Below, piece by piece: positions 22,350 to 32,638 of a DNA stretch of 64,000 nt; the first letter of the stretch is position 1; each line of letters begins with the position of its first letter. The translations under genes were made by a program, and so were the position numbers. The DNA is from an uncultured Chloroflexia bacterium. Its GTDB lineage: Bacteria; Chloroflexota; Dehalococcoidia; DSTF01; JALHUB01. Below the pieces are notes generated by a model. It did not search any database, was not told the origin of the DNA, and saw nothing but the letters and a program-made list of their open reading frames with translations. The DNA is taken from positions 1-64,000 of the forward strand of contig CAVSBT010000017.1 in NCBI GenBank assembly GCA_963726245.1. The letters run 5' to 3'.

Positions 22350-23003
22350 TTGCCCAGGAAGAAGGCTGGCACGCGGGCGCCTGCTCTAAAAGAGCAGGCG
22401 GCTGTGCCAGGAGTGGAGGTCACTACAGGCACCGAGGCCGAAGAATCGCTAACGGTTCCCGGCCGGTCTTGGTATGTGATCCACACCTACTCCGGCTACG
22501 AGAACAAGGTCAAGACCAACCTGGAGCACCGCATCGACTCCATGGATGCCCAGGGTCTCGTCTATCAGGTAGTGATACCGACAGAGGACGAGATTGAGAT
22601 TCGGGACGGCCAGCGTCGTACTGTGGCCCGCAAGATCTTCCCCGGCTACGTGCTGGTCCAGATGATGGAGTTGAAGGAGGATGACCCGGAGTCCAGCCGC
22701 GCCTGGTTCGTCGTCCGGAACACGCCCGGGGTGACCGGCTTCGTCGGCTCCGGCAACCGGCCCGTCCCCCTCGAGGAGTCCGAGGTGCGGCGCATCATCC
22801 GCCAGATGCGGGCGGTAGAGCCTCGGGTCAAGGTGGGCTTCGCCGTCGGCCAGAGCATCCGCGTTATCGATGGCCCCTTCGTTGACTTCGTGGGCCAGGT
22901 CGACGAGATCAACTTGGAGAAGGGGAAGGTGAAGGTGCTGGTCTCGTTCTTCGGGCGGGAGACGCCTGTGGAGCTGGACTTCCTTCAGGTGGAGAGGCTC
23001 TAG
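22350..23003 (+). CDS. nusG: Transcription termination/antitermination factor NusG
   Basis: WYVIHTYSGYENKV, FPGYVLV, RNTPGVTGFVG, KOW motif, FGRETPVEL. Confidence 0.96.
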   Translation: MPRKKAGTRAPALKEQAAVPGVEVTTGTEAEESLTVPGRSWYVIHTYSGYENKVKTNLEHRIDSMDAQGLVYQVVIPTEDEIEIRDGQRRTVARKIFPGYVLVQMMELKEDDPESSRAWFVVRNTPGVTGFVGSGNRPVPLEESEVRRIIRQMRAVEPRVKVGFAVGQSIRVIDGPFVDFVGQVDEINLEKGKVKVLVSFFGRETPVELDFLQVERL

Positions 23004-23011
23004 TAGGCCCA

Positions 23012-23090
23012 GGACAGAGCTGAAGCTCTGTCCCTACGGGCAGGGAAGGCCAGGCCTCGGCCTGGCGCACCGCCAGCCTGAAGGCTGGCC
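23012..23090. repeat. Cluster of REP-like palindromes between nusG and rplK
   Basis: ggacagagctgaagctctgtccctac (family also at 51384-51409 and 63971-63996), gccaggcctcggcctggc, gccagcctgaaggctggc. Confidence 0.65.
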
Positions 23091-23113
23091 TTCGAGGTGA
23101 TTGAAGGCGTTAG

Positions 23114-23536
23114 ATGGCTAAGAAGGTTCGCGCTGTCATAAAGCTTCAGATCGATGCTGGCAAGGCCAATCCGGCGCCGCCCGTCGGCCCTGCCCTCGGG
23201 CAACACGGCGTGAACATCATGGCCTTCTGCAAGGACTACAACGAGCGCACGGCCTCGCAGGCCGGCACCATCGTCCCGGTGGAGATCACTGTCTTTGAGG
23301 ACCGCTCTTTCACCTTCGTCCTCAAGACTCCGCCCGCCTCCGACCTGCTCAAGCGCGCCGCCGGCGTCGAGAAGGGCAGCAGTGCGCAGCGGAAAGAGAA
23401 GGTGGGCCAGATCTCGCGCGACCAGGTGCGAGAGATCGCTGAGCTCAAGCTGAGGGACCTGAACGCCACCAGCGTGGAGTCAGCCATGAGGATGGTGGAG
23501 GGGACCGCTCGCAGCATGGGCATAGAGGTGGTGTAG
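23114..23536 (+). CDS. rplK: 50S ribosomal protein L11
   Basis: [27 protein letters not shown]...GTARSMG. Confidence 0.97.
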   Translation: MAKKVRAVIKLQIDAGKANPAPPVGPALGQHGVNIMAFCKDYNERTASQAGTIVPVEITVFEDRSFTFVLKTPPASDLLKRAAGVEKGSSAQRKEKVGQISRDQVREIAELKLRDLNATSVESAMRMVEGTARSMGIEVV

Positions 23537-23539
23537 AAC

Positions 23540-24247
23540 GTGGCAGGCAAGAAGTACGCTCAGGCGAGCGCCCTGATCGATAGAACGCGCGCCTACAGGC
23601 CCGACGAGGCCGTCAAGCTGGCGAAGGAGGGCGCCTACGCCAAGTTCGATGAGACGGTGGAGTTGCACCTGCGCACCGGCCTTGACCCCCGCCATGCCGA
23701 GCAGCAGGTGCGCGGTACGGCCCTCCTGCCTTATGGCCTGGGCAAGACGGTGCGGGTGCTGGTCTTCGCCGAGGGTGAACCCGCCAAGCTGGCGGAGGAA
23801 GCCGGCGCTAGCTTCGTGGGTAGCGACGACCTGATCAAGAAGGTCGAAGGCGGCTGGACCGACTTCGACGTCGCCCTCGCCCAGCGGGAGCTGATGGGCA
23901 AGGTGGGCCGCCTGGGCCGCATTCTTGGCCCTCGGGGCCTCATGCCCAACCCGCGCTCAGGCACGGTGGTGGACGGTGAGGACATCGGGAAGGCGGTGAA
24001 CGACGCCCTCCAGGGGAGGGTGGAGTTCCGTCTGGACCGCACCGCCATCATCCACGTGCCGATCGGCAAGGTGAGCTTCGAGGAGGAGAAGCTGCTGGAG
24101 AACCTGGCCACCGTGATGCAGGAGGTCGTGAAGGCGAAGCCCTCCGGCGCCAAGGGTCAGTTCATCCGCAGCGCCACCCTAGCGACTACCATGGGCCCCG
24201 GCATCAACTTGGAGCTGGGTTCCACCATGGCGCTCACGGCGACGTAG
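23540..24247 (+). CDS. rplA: 50S ribosomal protein L1
   Basis: [25 protein letters not shown]. Confidence 0.97.
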   Translation: MAGKKYAQASALIDRTRAYRPDEAVKLAKEGAYAKFDETVELHLRTGLDPRHAEQQVRGTALLPYGLGKTVRVLVFAEGEPAKLAEEAGASFVGSDDLIKKVEGGWTDFDVALAQRELMGKVGRLGRILGPRGLMPNPRSGTVVDGEDIGKAVNDALQGRVEFRLDRTAIIHVPIGKVSFEEEKLLENLATVMQEVVKAKPSGAKGQFIRSATLATTMGPGINLELGSTMALTAT

Positions 24248-24251
24248 AACA

Positions 24252-24313
24252 GTGGAACCTTAGAACTCTGGACCCAAGCCGGGTTCCGTGGTTCAATGGT
24301 TCCAAGGTTCCAC
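24252..24313. repeat. Inverted array of TGGAACC-like 8-mers (hairpin)
   Basis: gtggaacc ttagaact ctggaccc ... gggttccg tggttcaa tggttcca aggttccac. Confidence 0.5.
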
Positions 24314-24317
24314 ACAT

Positions 24318-24456
24318 AGCGTGGTCGCAGACAGCGGGTCCCTAAAGGGTTAAGTCCGCCACTGGCGGAGCCCGCCGAGGCCGGTGAGACGAGGCACCAG
24401 CGGTGTGCCCGTCGAGCGCAACGGCCCCTGTCTGCGGCGGCAGGGGTCTTTTCGTT
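24318..24456 (+). promoter_or_regulatory. L10 leader (ribosomal protein autoregulatory RNA) followed by a terminator-like hairpin
   Basis: cgcagacagcgggt...ttaa...cccgccgagg pattern directly upstream of rplJ, then ggcccctg...caggggtc-ttttc. Confidence 0.7.
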
Positions 24457-24474
24457 GACCCGAGGAGGTTGCCT

Positions 24475-25035
24475 ATGCCCACTCAACGCAAGATCGATAC
24501 GGTGGCAGAGCTGACGGAGCGCATCGCCCGCAGCACGCTGGCCGTGGCGACCGTCTACCTGGGCCTGAGCGTAGCTGAGATGGGCGCTCTGCGCCGCCAG
24601 CTCCGCCAGGCCGGCGTGGAACTGAGGGTCATCAAGAACAGCCTCTTCCGGCTGGCGGCCCAGCAGGCCGGGCGCCCGGAGTTGGCGGAGCTGGCCGAGG
24701 GCCCCACCGCCATCGCCTTCGCCTACGGCGACATCATTGCGCCGGCCCGCGCCCTGGCCGAATACGTGCGGACAGCCAAGAACGCCTTTGCGCTCCGGCG
24801 GGCCTTCACCGACGGCCAGTCTCTATCGATCCGGGACTTGGAGGAGTTGGCGCGCCTGCCTTCGCGCGAGGTCCTTATCGCGCAGGTGGCCGGGGCGCTG
24901 CAGGCGCCGCTGGCCCGGCTCTACTACCTGCTATCCGCCAGCCTCACCAACCCGGCGGGCACGCTTCTCAACAGCAGCCTGCGCGATCTTCAGGGACTTC
25001 TGGGGGCGCGCGCCGCCCAACTGGAGGCAGCGTAG
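24475..25035 (+). CDS. rplJ: 50S ribosomal protein L10
   Basis: MPTQRKID, VIKNSL, GPTAIAF, LARLPSREVL; GAGGAGG RBS. Confidence 0.95.
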   Translation: MPTQRKIDTVAELTERIARSTLAVATVYLGLSVAEMGALRRQLRQAGVELRVIKNSLFRLAAQQAGRPELAELAEGPTAIAFAYGDIIAPARALAEYVRTAKNAFALRRAFTDGQSLSIRDLEELARLPSREVLIAQVAGALQAPLARLYYLLSASLTNPAGTLLNSSLRDLQGLLGARAAQLEAA

Positions 25036-25179
25036 GCCATGCCGGCTCGACAGACCAAGAAAAGCGGCGCTGACGAGACACCCGCGGAGGGCGTCGAGGC
25101 GGCTGCCGGGGAGGCCGCCGGCGAGCCCGTCAAGGAGAGCACTAAACCGACCGCCAAAGCCAAGGAGGAACGAAAGATT

Positions 25180-25569
25180 ATGGCCAACCGAGTGGATGAG
25201 GCCTTGGAGCTCATCAAGGGCATGACCATCCTGGAGCTCCGGGACCTCAACAAGCGCATCGAAGAAGACTTCGGCATCACCGCCGTCGCCCCGGTAGCGA
25301 TGGCAGGTCCCGCCGTCGCCGGCCCGGCTGCCGCCCCGGCCGCCGAGGAGGAGGAGAAGACGGAGTGGACCGTCGTCCTCAAGGACATGGGCGCCAACAA
25401 GATCAACGTCATCAAGGCGGTGCGGGAAGTGACCACCTTGGGCCTGAAAGAGGCCAAGGATCTGGTCGAGAGCGCGCCGACCAACGTCAAGGAGGGCGTC
25501 CCCAAGGAAGAAGCGGAGGCCGTCCGCGCGAAGCTCGCGGACGCCGGCGCCACCGTCGAGCTGCAGTAG
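25180..25569 (+). CDS. rplL: 50S ribosomal protein L7/L12 (in-frame upstream ATG at 25039 possible)
   Basis: MTILEL...FGITA...[10 protein letters not shown]...[10 protein letters not shown]...[11 protein letters not shown]; AAGGAGG before 25180. Confidence 0.95.
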   Translation: MANRVDEALELIKGMTILELRDLNKRIEEDFGITAVAPVAMAGPAVAGPAAAPAAEEEEKTEWTVVLKDMGANKINVIKAVREVTTLGLKEAKDLVESAPTNVKEGVPKEEAEAVRAKLADAGATVELQ

Positions 25570-25688
25570 TAAGCGAGTAGGCGCGAAGCTGCCGCCCCAC
25601 CGGCGGCGGCCACAGAAGCACCGAATCTGCTCGCTGACAGGCGGGCCCGTCTAGGCAACGGGACCGCGACCTGCTATATTCCCGCTGA

Positions 25689-26198
25689 ATGAACTGCTAC
25701 GCCTGCGCCAACGAGGCTACAAGCCAGTGTAAGCGCTGCGGCAGACCTTACTGCGACGCCCATGGCGACGTCCTCTGCGCCGAGTGCCTCAAGCCGGCCA
25801 GCGCCCTGCCTTCCTATACCCTCTACCGGGGCTCTCTCCTGGCCCTTCTGGTGGGGACCGCCTTCGCGCTCTGGCTGCTGGTGAGGCCGCCCGGCGGCGG
25901 CGGGGATTCTTCGCCGGTGGTCCTGCCCCAACAGGAGAAGGCAGCGGCTACCGCCACTGTCGAAGCGCCGACCCTGACGCCGAGCCGGCCAACCACGCCG
26001 ATACCGACGGCGACGCCCACGCCGTCGACCCGCAACTACGTGGTGCAGGAGGGCGACACCCTCTACGGCATCGCCGAGGGGATGAAGCCGCCGGACAAGA
26101 ACCTGGTGGACTTCGTCCGGGAGATCGCCCAGCTCAACAGCCTTGGCGACCCGGATACCGCCGTCCTCCGTCCTGGCCAGACGCTTGTCATACCGTGA
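25689..26198 (+). CDS. Zinc-finger (B-box-like) - TM - Pro/Thr linker - LysM protein
   Basis: CYAC..CKRC..CDAH..CAEC; hydrophobic helix; YVVQEGDTLYGIA...[10 protein letters not shown]. Confidence 0.8.
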   Translation: MNCYACANEATSQCKRCGRPYCDAHGDVLCAECLKPASALPSYTLYRGSLLALLVGTAFALWLLVRPPGGGGDSSPVVLPQQEKAAATATVEAPTLTPSRPTTPIPTATPTPSTRNYVVQEGDTLYGIAEGMKPPDKNLVDFVREIAQLNSLGDPDTAVLRPGQTLVIP

Positions 26199-26638
26199 CC
26201 GCCCCTCCCGGCCCGGAAGAAGCGCACCACGCCGCCCGGTCATCTCTCTTCCGGGTTGCGCTCGTGTTTACGCCTCTGTTCCTCCTCAGCCTGGCGGGCA
26301 TAGGGATCATCATCTTCGATCTCGTGCGCGAGGGCCCCAGCGGACTGATCATTACGATGGTCCTGCTGCTCCTGGCCGCCTTCCTCACCGGCTACCAGAG
26401 CATTCAGTCTCTGCGCGACTTAAGAAGCTCGCCCACGGTGTCCGGCGGCCTGGTCGACCGCAAGTGGAGCCGCACCGACCTGTTCATCCTGCGTAGCCAC
26501 TACATCTACGTCGGCCGCTCGGTGTTCAAGGTGACGCCTCTGATCTACCTCGAGCTGGAAGTGGGCGACACGGTGTCTGTGCGCCACTACCCGCACACCA
26601 ACACCGTCATCTCCGTCGAGCTGCAGGAGGGGGCTTAG
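26195..26638 (+). CDS. Hypothetical two-TM membrane protein with C-terminal beta domain
   Basis: GTG overlaps the previous stop (GTGA); two hydrophobic helices; coding-like codon usage. Confidence 0.65.
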   Translation: MTAPPGPEEAHHAARSSLFRVALVFTPLFLLSLAGIGIIIFDLVREGPSGLIITMVLLLLAAFLTGYQSIQSLRDLRSSPTVSGGLVDRKWSRTDLFILRSHYIYVGRSVFKVTPLIYLELEVGDTVSVRHYPHTNTVISVELQEGA

Positions 26639-26657
26639 AACGTGTCAGGAGCAGCCC

Positions 26658-27368
26658 ATGACCACCAACACTATCCCCGAGTACCACGCTCTCATCCGTG
26701 ACCTGCCGACCACGGAGCGGCCGCGCGAGCGTCTGCGCGACTACGGCGCCGGCTCCCTCTCCACGAGCGAGCTGCTGGCCATCGTGCTGCGGACGGGGTC
26801 CTCGCGGGAGAGCGTCCTTGCCCTGGCGTCGCGGCTGCTGTCGCGCTACGGCGGGCTGGTGGGGCTGGCCCGCGCCGGCTTCGGCGAGCTGTGCCAGGAG
26901 CGAGGCCTGGGCGAAGCGAAGGCCTCGCAGCTAAAGGCCGCCTTCGAGCTGGGGCGGCGTCTGGCCTCCGCCCAGCCGGAGGAGCGCGCCATCGTCCGCA
27001 CGCCCGAAGACGTCGCCAACCTTCTCCTGTCGGAGATGGGGCTGCTGGAGCAGGAGGAGCTGCGGGTGGTGCTCCTGAACACGCGAAACCAGGTGCTGGG
27101 GGTGCATGCCGTCTATCGCGGGAGCGTGAACACCTCCCAGGTGCGCGTCGCGGAGCTGTTCCGCGAGGCGGTGCGCGGGAACTGCCCGGCGATCGTGCTG
27201 GCGCACAACCATCCTTCGGGCGACCCGACACCCTCTCCGGACGACGTGGCGATGACGAAGCAGGTGCTGGAGGCGGGTCGCGTGCTGGACATCGAGGTGC
27301 TGGACCACCTGGTCATCGCCCAGCAGCGCTTCGTGAGCATGAAGGAGCGGCGGCTGGGATTCGAGTGA
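26658..27368 (+). CDS. radC: RadC/JAB domain protein
   Basis: [39 protein letters not shown]. Confidence 0.93.
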   Translation: MTTNTIPEYHALIRDLPTTERPRERLRDYGAGSLSTSELLAIVLRTGSSRESVLALASRLLSRYGGLVGLARAGFGELCQERGLGEAKASQLKAAFELGRRLASAQPEERAIVRTPEDVANLLLSEMGLLEQEELRVVLLNTRNQVLGVHAVYRGSVNTSQVRVAELFREAVRGNCPAIVLAHNHPSGDPTPSPDDVAMTKQVLEAGRVLDIEVLDHLVIAQQRFVSMKERRLGFE

Positions 27369-28216
27369 TGATCCGTCTCGTCGCCCTGGACCTGGACGGC
27401 ACGCTCCTCAACAGCCGGGACGGCCTCAGCGAGGCCAACGCCTACGCCGTGCGTCGCGTCCTCGACCGGGGCGTGCTGGTGGTGCTCTGCACGTCGCGCC
27501 CGTTCTCCCTGGCGGTCGGCACGGCCGAGGCGCTGGGCCTCCAGGCCCCCCTCATCTGCCACAACGGGGCCCTGGTAAGGGCGCCGGACGCTGGCTCTGA
27601 CCTCCTCCACCTGCGCATGGACCCGCAGGCCGCCCGCGACGTGGCCGCCTTCATGGACGGCCGCTCGGAGACGTCTTTCGTGAGCGTGGACAGCGTCACC
27701 TACATGCGCTCAAGCCAGGAGGTGAACCGCTCCCGGCTCCCTGCCGGCATGCGCCTGGTTCCTCGCCTGTCCGACGTGCTGACGGCGCCGCCGACGGCCT
27801 TCCTCCTCTTCGGCAAAGACGCCGTCGACGCCCTGGAGGCCGCCTTCGCCGACAAGTACCGCGGCGTACTGAACGTGGCGCGTGGCTACAGCGCCGCCTA
27901 TCCTCACTACGCCAACGTGGTGGACGCCGGCGCGGACAAGGGCGCAGCCTTGCGCCTGGTGTGCCGCCACCTGGGCGTGGACCTCCGCGAGGCCCTGGCC
28001 ATCGGCGATGCCGCCCCCGATGTGAGCATGTTCCGGGTCGCGGGCTGCAGCGTGGCGGTAGCCAACGCTCCCCCCGAGGTGCAGGCGGAGGCGCAGACGG
28101 TGGCCCCGAGCAACGACGAAGACGGCGTCGCCTGGGCGCTGGAGCGTTTCGTGTTGGGGAGGCCTAGGAAGCGGCGGCGGGCTAGGGGCCCTTGGCGGGC
28201 GGCCGGACGCGGATGA
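27368..28216 (+). CDS. Cof-type HAD-IIB hydrolase
   Basis: LDLDGTLL, CTSR, CHNGA, DKG, IGDAAPDVSM, SNDEDGVA; ATG overlaps the radC stop. Confidence 0.9.
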   Translation: MIRLVALDLDGTLLNSRDGLSEANAYAVRRVLDRGVLVVLCTSRPFSLAVGTAEALGLQAPLICHNGALVRAPDAGSDLLHLRMDPQAARDVAAFMDGRSETSFVSVDSVTYMRSSQEVNRSRLPAGMRLVPRLSDVLTAPPTAFLLFGKDAVDALEAAFADKYRGVLNVARGYSAAYPHYANVVDAGADKGAALRLVCRHLGVDLREALAIGDAAPDVSMFRVAGCSVAVANAPPEVQAEAQTVAPSNDEDGVAWALERFVLGRPRKRRRARGPWRAAGRG

Positions 28217-28865
28217 CGGCGGACACGCGGTCTCCCAGGGTAACGCGGGCGCCCTCCACCTCGACCGTCATGGTGGCGTTGAAGGGCGCCACCTCCTCCA
28301 CCTTCAGGCGCGCCCCCGGCGCCAGCCCGTTCTTCTGAAGGTAACGCAGCAGGTTCTGGTCCTCCTCGGCATCCTCGAGGATGTTCTCGATGGTCACCTC
28401 GTCGCCCTCGGAGAGGGAGTCGAGGGCGACGGTCGGCGGCGGGGGCTCCTGGGCATAGCCGGGGATAGGGTTGCCGTGCGGGCAGGTGGTGGGATTGCCG
28501 AGCACCGCCAGGATGTGGGCCTCGACGCGGGGAGAGATGGCGTGCTCGATGCGGTGCGCTTCCTCGTGGGCCTCGTGCCACTCCAGGCCCAGGATGTCGA
28601 CCAGCAGGCACTCGGCCAGGCGATGACGCCGCATGACGGATTCCGCGGCCTCCATGCCGGCCTCGGAGAGGGTGATCTCCTTCCTGGCGCCGATGCTCAC
28701 CAGGCCGTCACGCTGCATGCGCTGGAGCGTCGCCCAGACGGTGGGCGCCGCGACGCCCATCTTCTCGGTGAGGCGGGCGGCGATGACGGTGCGGCCATCC
28801 CGAATCATGTTGTAGACGGCCTGAAGGTAGTCCTCTATGGTGACCGATGGCTTCTGGCCCGGCAT
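28182..28865 (-). CDS. DtxR/MntR/IdeR family metal-dependent regulator with FeoA domain
   Basis: EDYLQAVY, RRHRLAE, HEEAHRIEH, PTTCPHGNPIP. Confidence 0.92.
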   Translation of the reverse strand: MPGQKPSVTIEDYLQAVYNMIRDGRTVIAARLTEKMGVAAPTVWATLQRMQRDGLVSIGARKEITLSEAGMEAAESVMRRHRLAECLLVDILGLEWHEAHEEAHRIEHAISPRVEAHILAVLGNPTTCPHGNPIPGYAQEPPPPTVALDSLSEGDEVTIENILEDAEEDQNLLRYLQKNGLAPGARLKVEEVAPFNATMTVEVEGARVTLGDRVSAVIRVRPPAKGP

Positions 28866-28964
28866 CTTTGCCCTCTCCGTCTCCGCCGCCGCGCTCAGCT
28901 TGCGCTAGCCGGTCGCCTGCGAACGCATCGCAGTGACAGAGTAGTGACCACCGGCGGAGCCGTC

Positions 28965-28999
28965 AACTAGGGACGAGGAACCAGGAACAAGGAACTGGG
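28965..28999. repeat. Heptamer tandem repeat (AAC(C/T/A)AGG-like x5)
   Basis: aactagg gacgagg aaccagg aacaagg aactggg. Confidence 0.5.
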
Positions 29000-29013
29000 C
29001 CATGCGCTATGTC

Positions 29014-30209
29014 CTATGCCTTGTGTCCTAGCAGCGCCCGCGCCTCCTCCGACACGATGCGGTAGACCTCGGCCAGGGGCAGGCCGTGCTGGAGGGCCAG
29101 CCGCCGGCAGGCCTCGTACTCCGGCGAGACGTTGGGCTCTTCGCCCTCCAGGCTCTTCACCTTCACGGCGGCCGGGCCCAGGCTCGACTCGAACTCCACC
29201 GTCTTTCGGCCCGCCTCGCGCCGGCCCACCTCACTGATGCGCACGCCCAGTGTGGACGTCTCCCGCAGCAGCAGCCCCACCACAGCCTCCTCACGGTCGT
29301 GGGAGCAGAGGACGGAGAGCAGGGTGGCGGGCCGGTTCTTCTTCATCTGGATGGGCACGAACCAGACGTCGGCGGCGCCGGCCTCGAAGAGGCGCTCCTG
29401 CACGTAGCCGAACAGCTCCGGGCTCATGTCGTCGATGTTCGTCTCGATGAGCAGCATGCTGTGGCGCTGCTCGGCGATGGCCTCGCCCAGCCAGAGTCGG
29501 AGGACGTTAGGGCGGCCGGGCAGGTCGCGGGCGCCGGCGCCGTAGCCGACGCCGGTGACGCGCATGGGCGGCCTCTCGAAGCGGGCGAGCGCTGGTCACG
29601 ATGGCGGCGCCGGTCGGCGTGACCAGCTCGAAGGGCGGCTCGCCGGCTGGGGAGGTCAGGGGCGCTCCGGCGCGGGCCAGCAGCTCGAGCGTGGCCGGCG
29701 CCGGCACGGGCAGGACGCCGTGGGCGCCGCGGGCCTCGCCCCCGCCGGCCGGCAGCGGCGAGCAGTACAGCTCTCCTATCTCCAGGAGACGCAGGCCGGC
29801 CACCGTCCCCATGACGTCGACCAGGGTGTCGACGGCGCCCACCTCGTGGAACTCCACCTCATCCGGCCGGACGCCGTGGACGCTGCCCTCGGCCTCGGCA
29901 AGGCGGCGGAAGACAAGCGAGCCTTTCTCGCGGTCCGCGGCGGGCAGGTCGCTCTTCTCGATGACGGAGAGGACATCGGGAAGACGGCGGTGCGGCGGCG
30001 GCTCGCCTTCCGGCACCACGTCCACGCGCGTGGCGGCCAGGCCGGCGCGCTGCGCCTTCGACACGTCCAGCCGGTAGCCGGGCAGCTTCAGCCGCGCCAG
30101 CTCACCTTCGAGGGCTTCCTGCTGGAGGCCGGCGTCGAGAAGGGCGCCGAGCAGCATGTCGCCGCTGACCCCGGAGAAGCAGTCGAGGTATCCGATGCGG
30201 CCGGGCCAC
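29014..30209 (-). CDS. larC: Nickel-pincer cofactor nickel insertase LarC (frameshifts near 30204 and 29593)
   Basis: YLDCFSGVSGDMLLGAL, FHEVGAVD, AHGVLPVPAPAT, ELVTPTGAA, GYGAG, ETNIDD, MKKNRP, ETSTLGVR, PEYE. Confidence 0.9.
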
Positions 30210-30218
30210 GGGGCACCC

Positions 30219-30983
30219 TCAGCCCTCTCTCTCCGACGCGGCCAGCCGGTTGATGACCGCCGCCAGGTAGCCGGCGCCGAAGCCGTTGTCGATGTTGACC
30301 ACCGCCACGCCGGCGGCGCAGGAGTTGAGCATCGTGAGCAGCGGCGCGACGCCCTGGAAGCTGGCGCCGTAGCCAACCGACGTGGGCACGGCGATGACGG
30401 GGACGGACACCAGGCCCGCCACCACGCTGGGCAGCGCCCCCTCCATGCCGGCCACGACCACCAGGGCCCGCGCCTCGCGGAGCTGCGGCAGGTAGTCGAG
30501 GAGGCGGTGGATGCCGGCCACGCCCACGTCGTAGACGCGCTCCACGGCGCAGCCCATGAGCTCGGCGGTGACCGCCGCCTCCTCGGCGACCGGCAGGTCG
30601 GACGTGCCGGCGCAGAGGATGGTGACGCCGGCCACGGGCTCTTGTGGCCGCCGGTCCAGCGTGATGCAGCGGGCCGTCTCGTGGTAGGCGGCGTCAGGGA
30701 GGTGCTCTTTGAGGGCGGCGAAGACGTCGGCGCCGACCCGCGTCACCAGGAGGCGGCCGGAGCGTTCCGCCAGCCGGGTCGCGATGGCGACCACCTGCTC
30801 CGGCGTCTTGCCCTGGCCCAGCACCACCTCCGGCAGGTGGTCGCGGAGGGCGCGGTGGTGGTCCAGCTTGGCGAAGCCCAGGTCCTCGTAGGGGAGGAGA
30901 CGCAGGTCCTCCAGCGCCTCCTCGACGGGGGTCGCGCCGCTGGCTACCGACTCCAGGAGCTGCCGAAGCCTCTCTGTATCGAT
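30219..30983 (-). CDS. larB: Nickel-pincer cofactor carboxylase/hydrolase LarB
   Basis: DLGFAKLDHHR, AGTSDLPVAEEA, DVGVAGIHR, AGMEGALPS, PTSVGYG, VNIDNGFGA; AAGGAGG followed by ATC at the expected start position. Confidence 0.92.
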   Translation of the reverse strand: MDTERLRQLLESVASGATPVEEALEDLRLLPYEDLGFAKLDHHRALRDHLPEVVLGQGKTPEQVVAIATRLAERSGRLLVTRVGADVFAALKEHLPDAAYHETARCITLDRRPQEPVAGVTILCAGTSDLPVAEEAAVTAELMGCAVERVYDVGVAGIHRLLDYLPQLREARALVVVAGMEGALPSVVAGLVSVPVIAVPTSVGYGASFQGVAPLLTMLNSCAAGVAVVNIDNGFGAGYLAAVINRLAASEREG

Positions 30984-31156
30984 GGTTCGCCCTCCTTCGA
31001 GTGTGCTTAGGATTATAGCAGCGCCTGCCATAGGGCGGCCAGGGAGAGGGGTGATGCTCCGTTGAGCGGCCCACCCGCCGACTGCTATAATCCCCGAAGC
31101 CCTGTCTAAGGGCCGCCCGAGCACGAGCTCTCGCGCATTCCCCGAACCTGACCACC

Positions 31157-32604
31157 ATGGACTACCGTCATGCCCTGCGCTTCCTGCTGAGCCTCTCCGA
31201 CTGGGAGCGCCTTGACCCGCCGGACAGGCGGGCCTGCCCGCGACAGGAGGCGCCCTGGCGGTGGTGCAGACCCGCGAGGCGGCCCACTTCAATCTCGAGC
31301 GCGTGCGCTCCCTGATGGCCCGCCTGGGCGACCCCCACCTCGGCCGGGGGACCATCCACGTCGCCGGGAGCAAGGGCAAGGGCAGCGTAGCGGCCATGAT
31401 CGCCTCCGTCCTGCGGGCGGCGGGCGTCCACGCCGGCCTCTACACCAGCCCTCACCTCCACCGCATGACGGAGCGCATCGCCGTCGATGGCGAGGCCATC
31501 AGCCCGGACGACTTCGGCCGCCTGACGGAGCCCCTTCGCGACGCCGTCGAGGCCGAGAACGCCGACGGCGCCCACGGCCAGATGACCACCTTCGAGGCCC
31601 TGACCGCCCTGGCCTTCCTCTACTTCCGAGAACAGGCCGTCCAGTGGCAGGTGCTGGAGGTGGGCCTGGGCGGGCGCCTGGACGCCACCAACGTGGTCGA
31701 GGAGAAGGCTGTCTGCGTCATCACGCCCATCAGCCTGGAGCACACCGCCGTCCTGGGGGATACTGTGGGCCAGATCGCAGCCGAGAAAGCGGCTATAATC
31801 ACCCCCGGGGCCACGGTGGTCATGGGCCTCCAGCGGGAGCCGGCAGCCGAGGTCGTACGCCGCGCCTGCGTCGAGCGTGGCGCCCACCTTGTGGAGGTGG
31901 CGCAGGCCTGCGCCCTCACGCGGCTGGGCTTCTCCTCGGAGGGCCAGGACTTCCGGCTGAGGACGCCTGGCGGCACGTACCGCCTGCGGCTGCCCCTGCT
32001 GGGCCGCCACCAGTTGGAGAACGCCGCCACGGCCGTCCTGGCCCTGGAGTGCCTGGCCGACCACGGCCTCGCGATCCCGGAGGCGGCCCTGCGCCGCGGC
32101 CTGCAGGAGGTGCGCTGGCCGGCGCGACTGGAGATTGTCCGCCGCCGGCCCCTGGTGGTCCTGGACGGCGCCCACAACGTCGATTCCGTGCGGCGCCTCT
32201 GCCAGGCCCTGGAGGAGTACGTGTCCTACTCGCGGGCCATCGTCGTGGCGGGCTTCTCCGCCGACAAAGACTTCGGCGCCATCGCCGCCGAGCTGGAGCG
32301 GCTGCCCCGCCTGGCCCAGGTGATCGCCACGCGCTCGCCTCACCCGCGGGCCGCGCCCGCAGACGCGGTGGCGGCGGCCTTCCGGGAGCGTGGGATCGAG
32401 ACGAGCCGGGAGGATGACGTGCCGGCAGCCCTGGAGGCCGCCCTGAGCCTGGCGTCGCCCGACGACATGGTCTGCGTCATGGGCTCTCTGTTCGTGGCCG
32501 CCGAGGCGCGGCGGCACATCCTGGGCCTGGAGACGGACCCGGCGTTGCCGCCGGCCGGTCTCGCCTCCGCCTCCGGCAGCAGGCGGGGCGCAGGGACGGC
32601 GTAG
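31157..32604 (+). CDS. folC: Bifunctional folylpolyglutamate/dihydrofolate synthase (frameshift near the 5' end)
   Basis: HVAGSKGKGS, YTSPHL, EVGLGGRLDATN, IAAEKAAII, DGAHN, GSLF; N-terminus MDYRHALRFL at 31157 is in another frame. Confidence 0.9.
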
Positions 32605-32638
32605 GGCCGGCTTCACGGGGAAGGAGGCGTCGAGAGCG

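Noticed and set aside
29570-29610. Programmed ribosomal frameshift in larC (known for larC1/larC2 in some lactobacilli)
   Set aside because: The break is one extra base in ACC-A-GCG with no slippery run, and it matches the window-wide indel error pattern.
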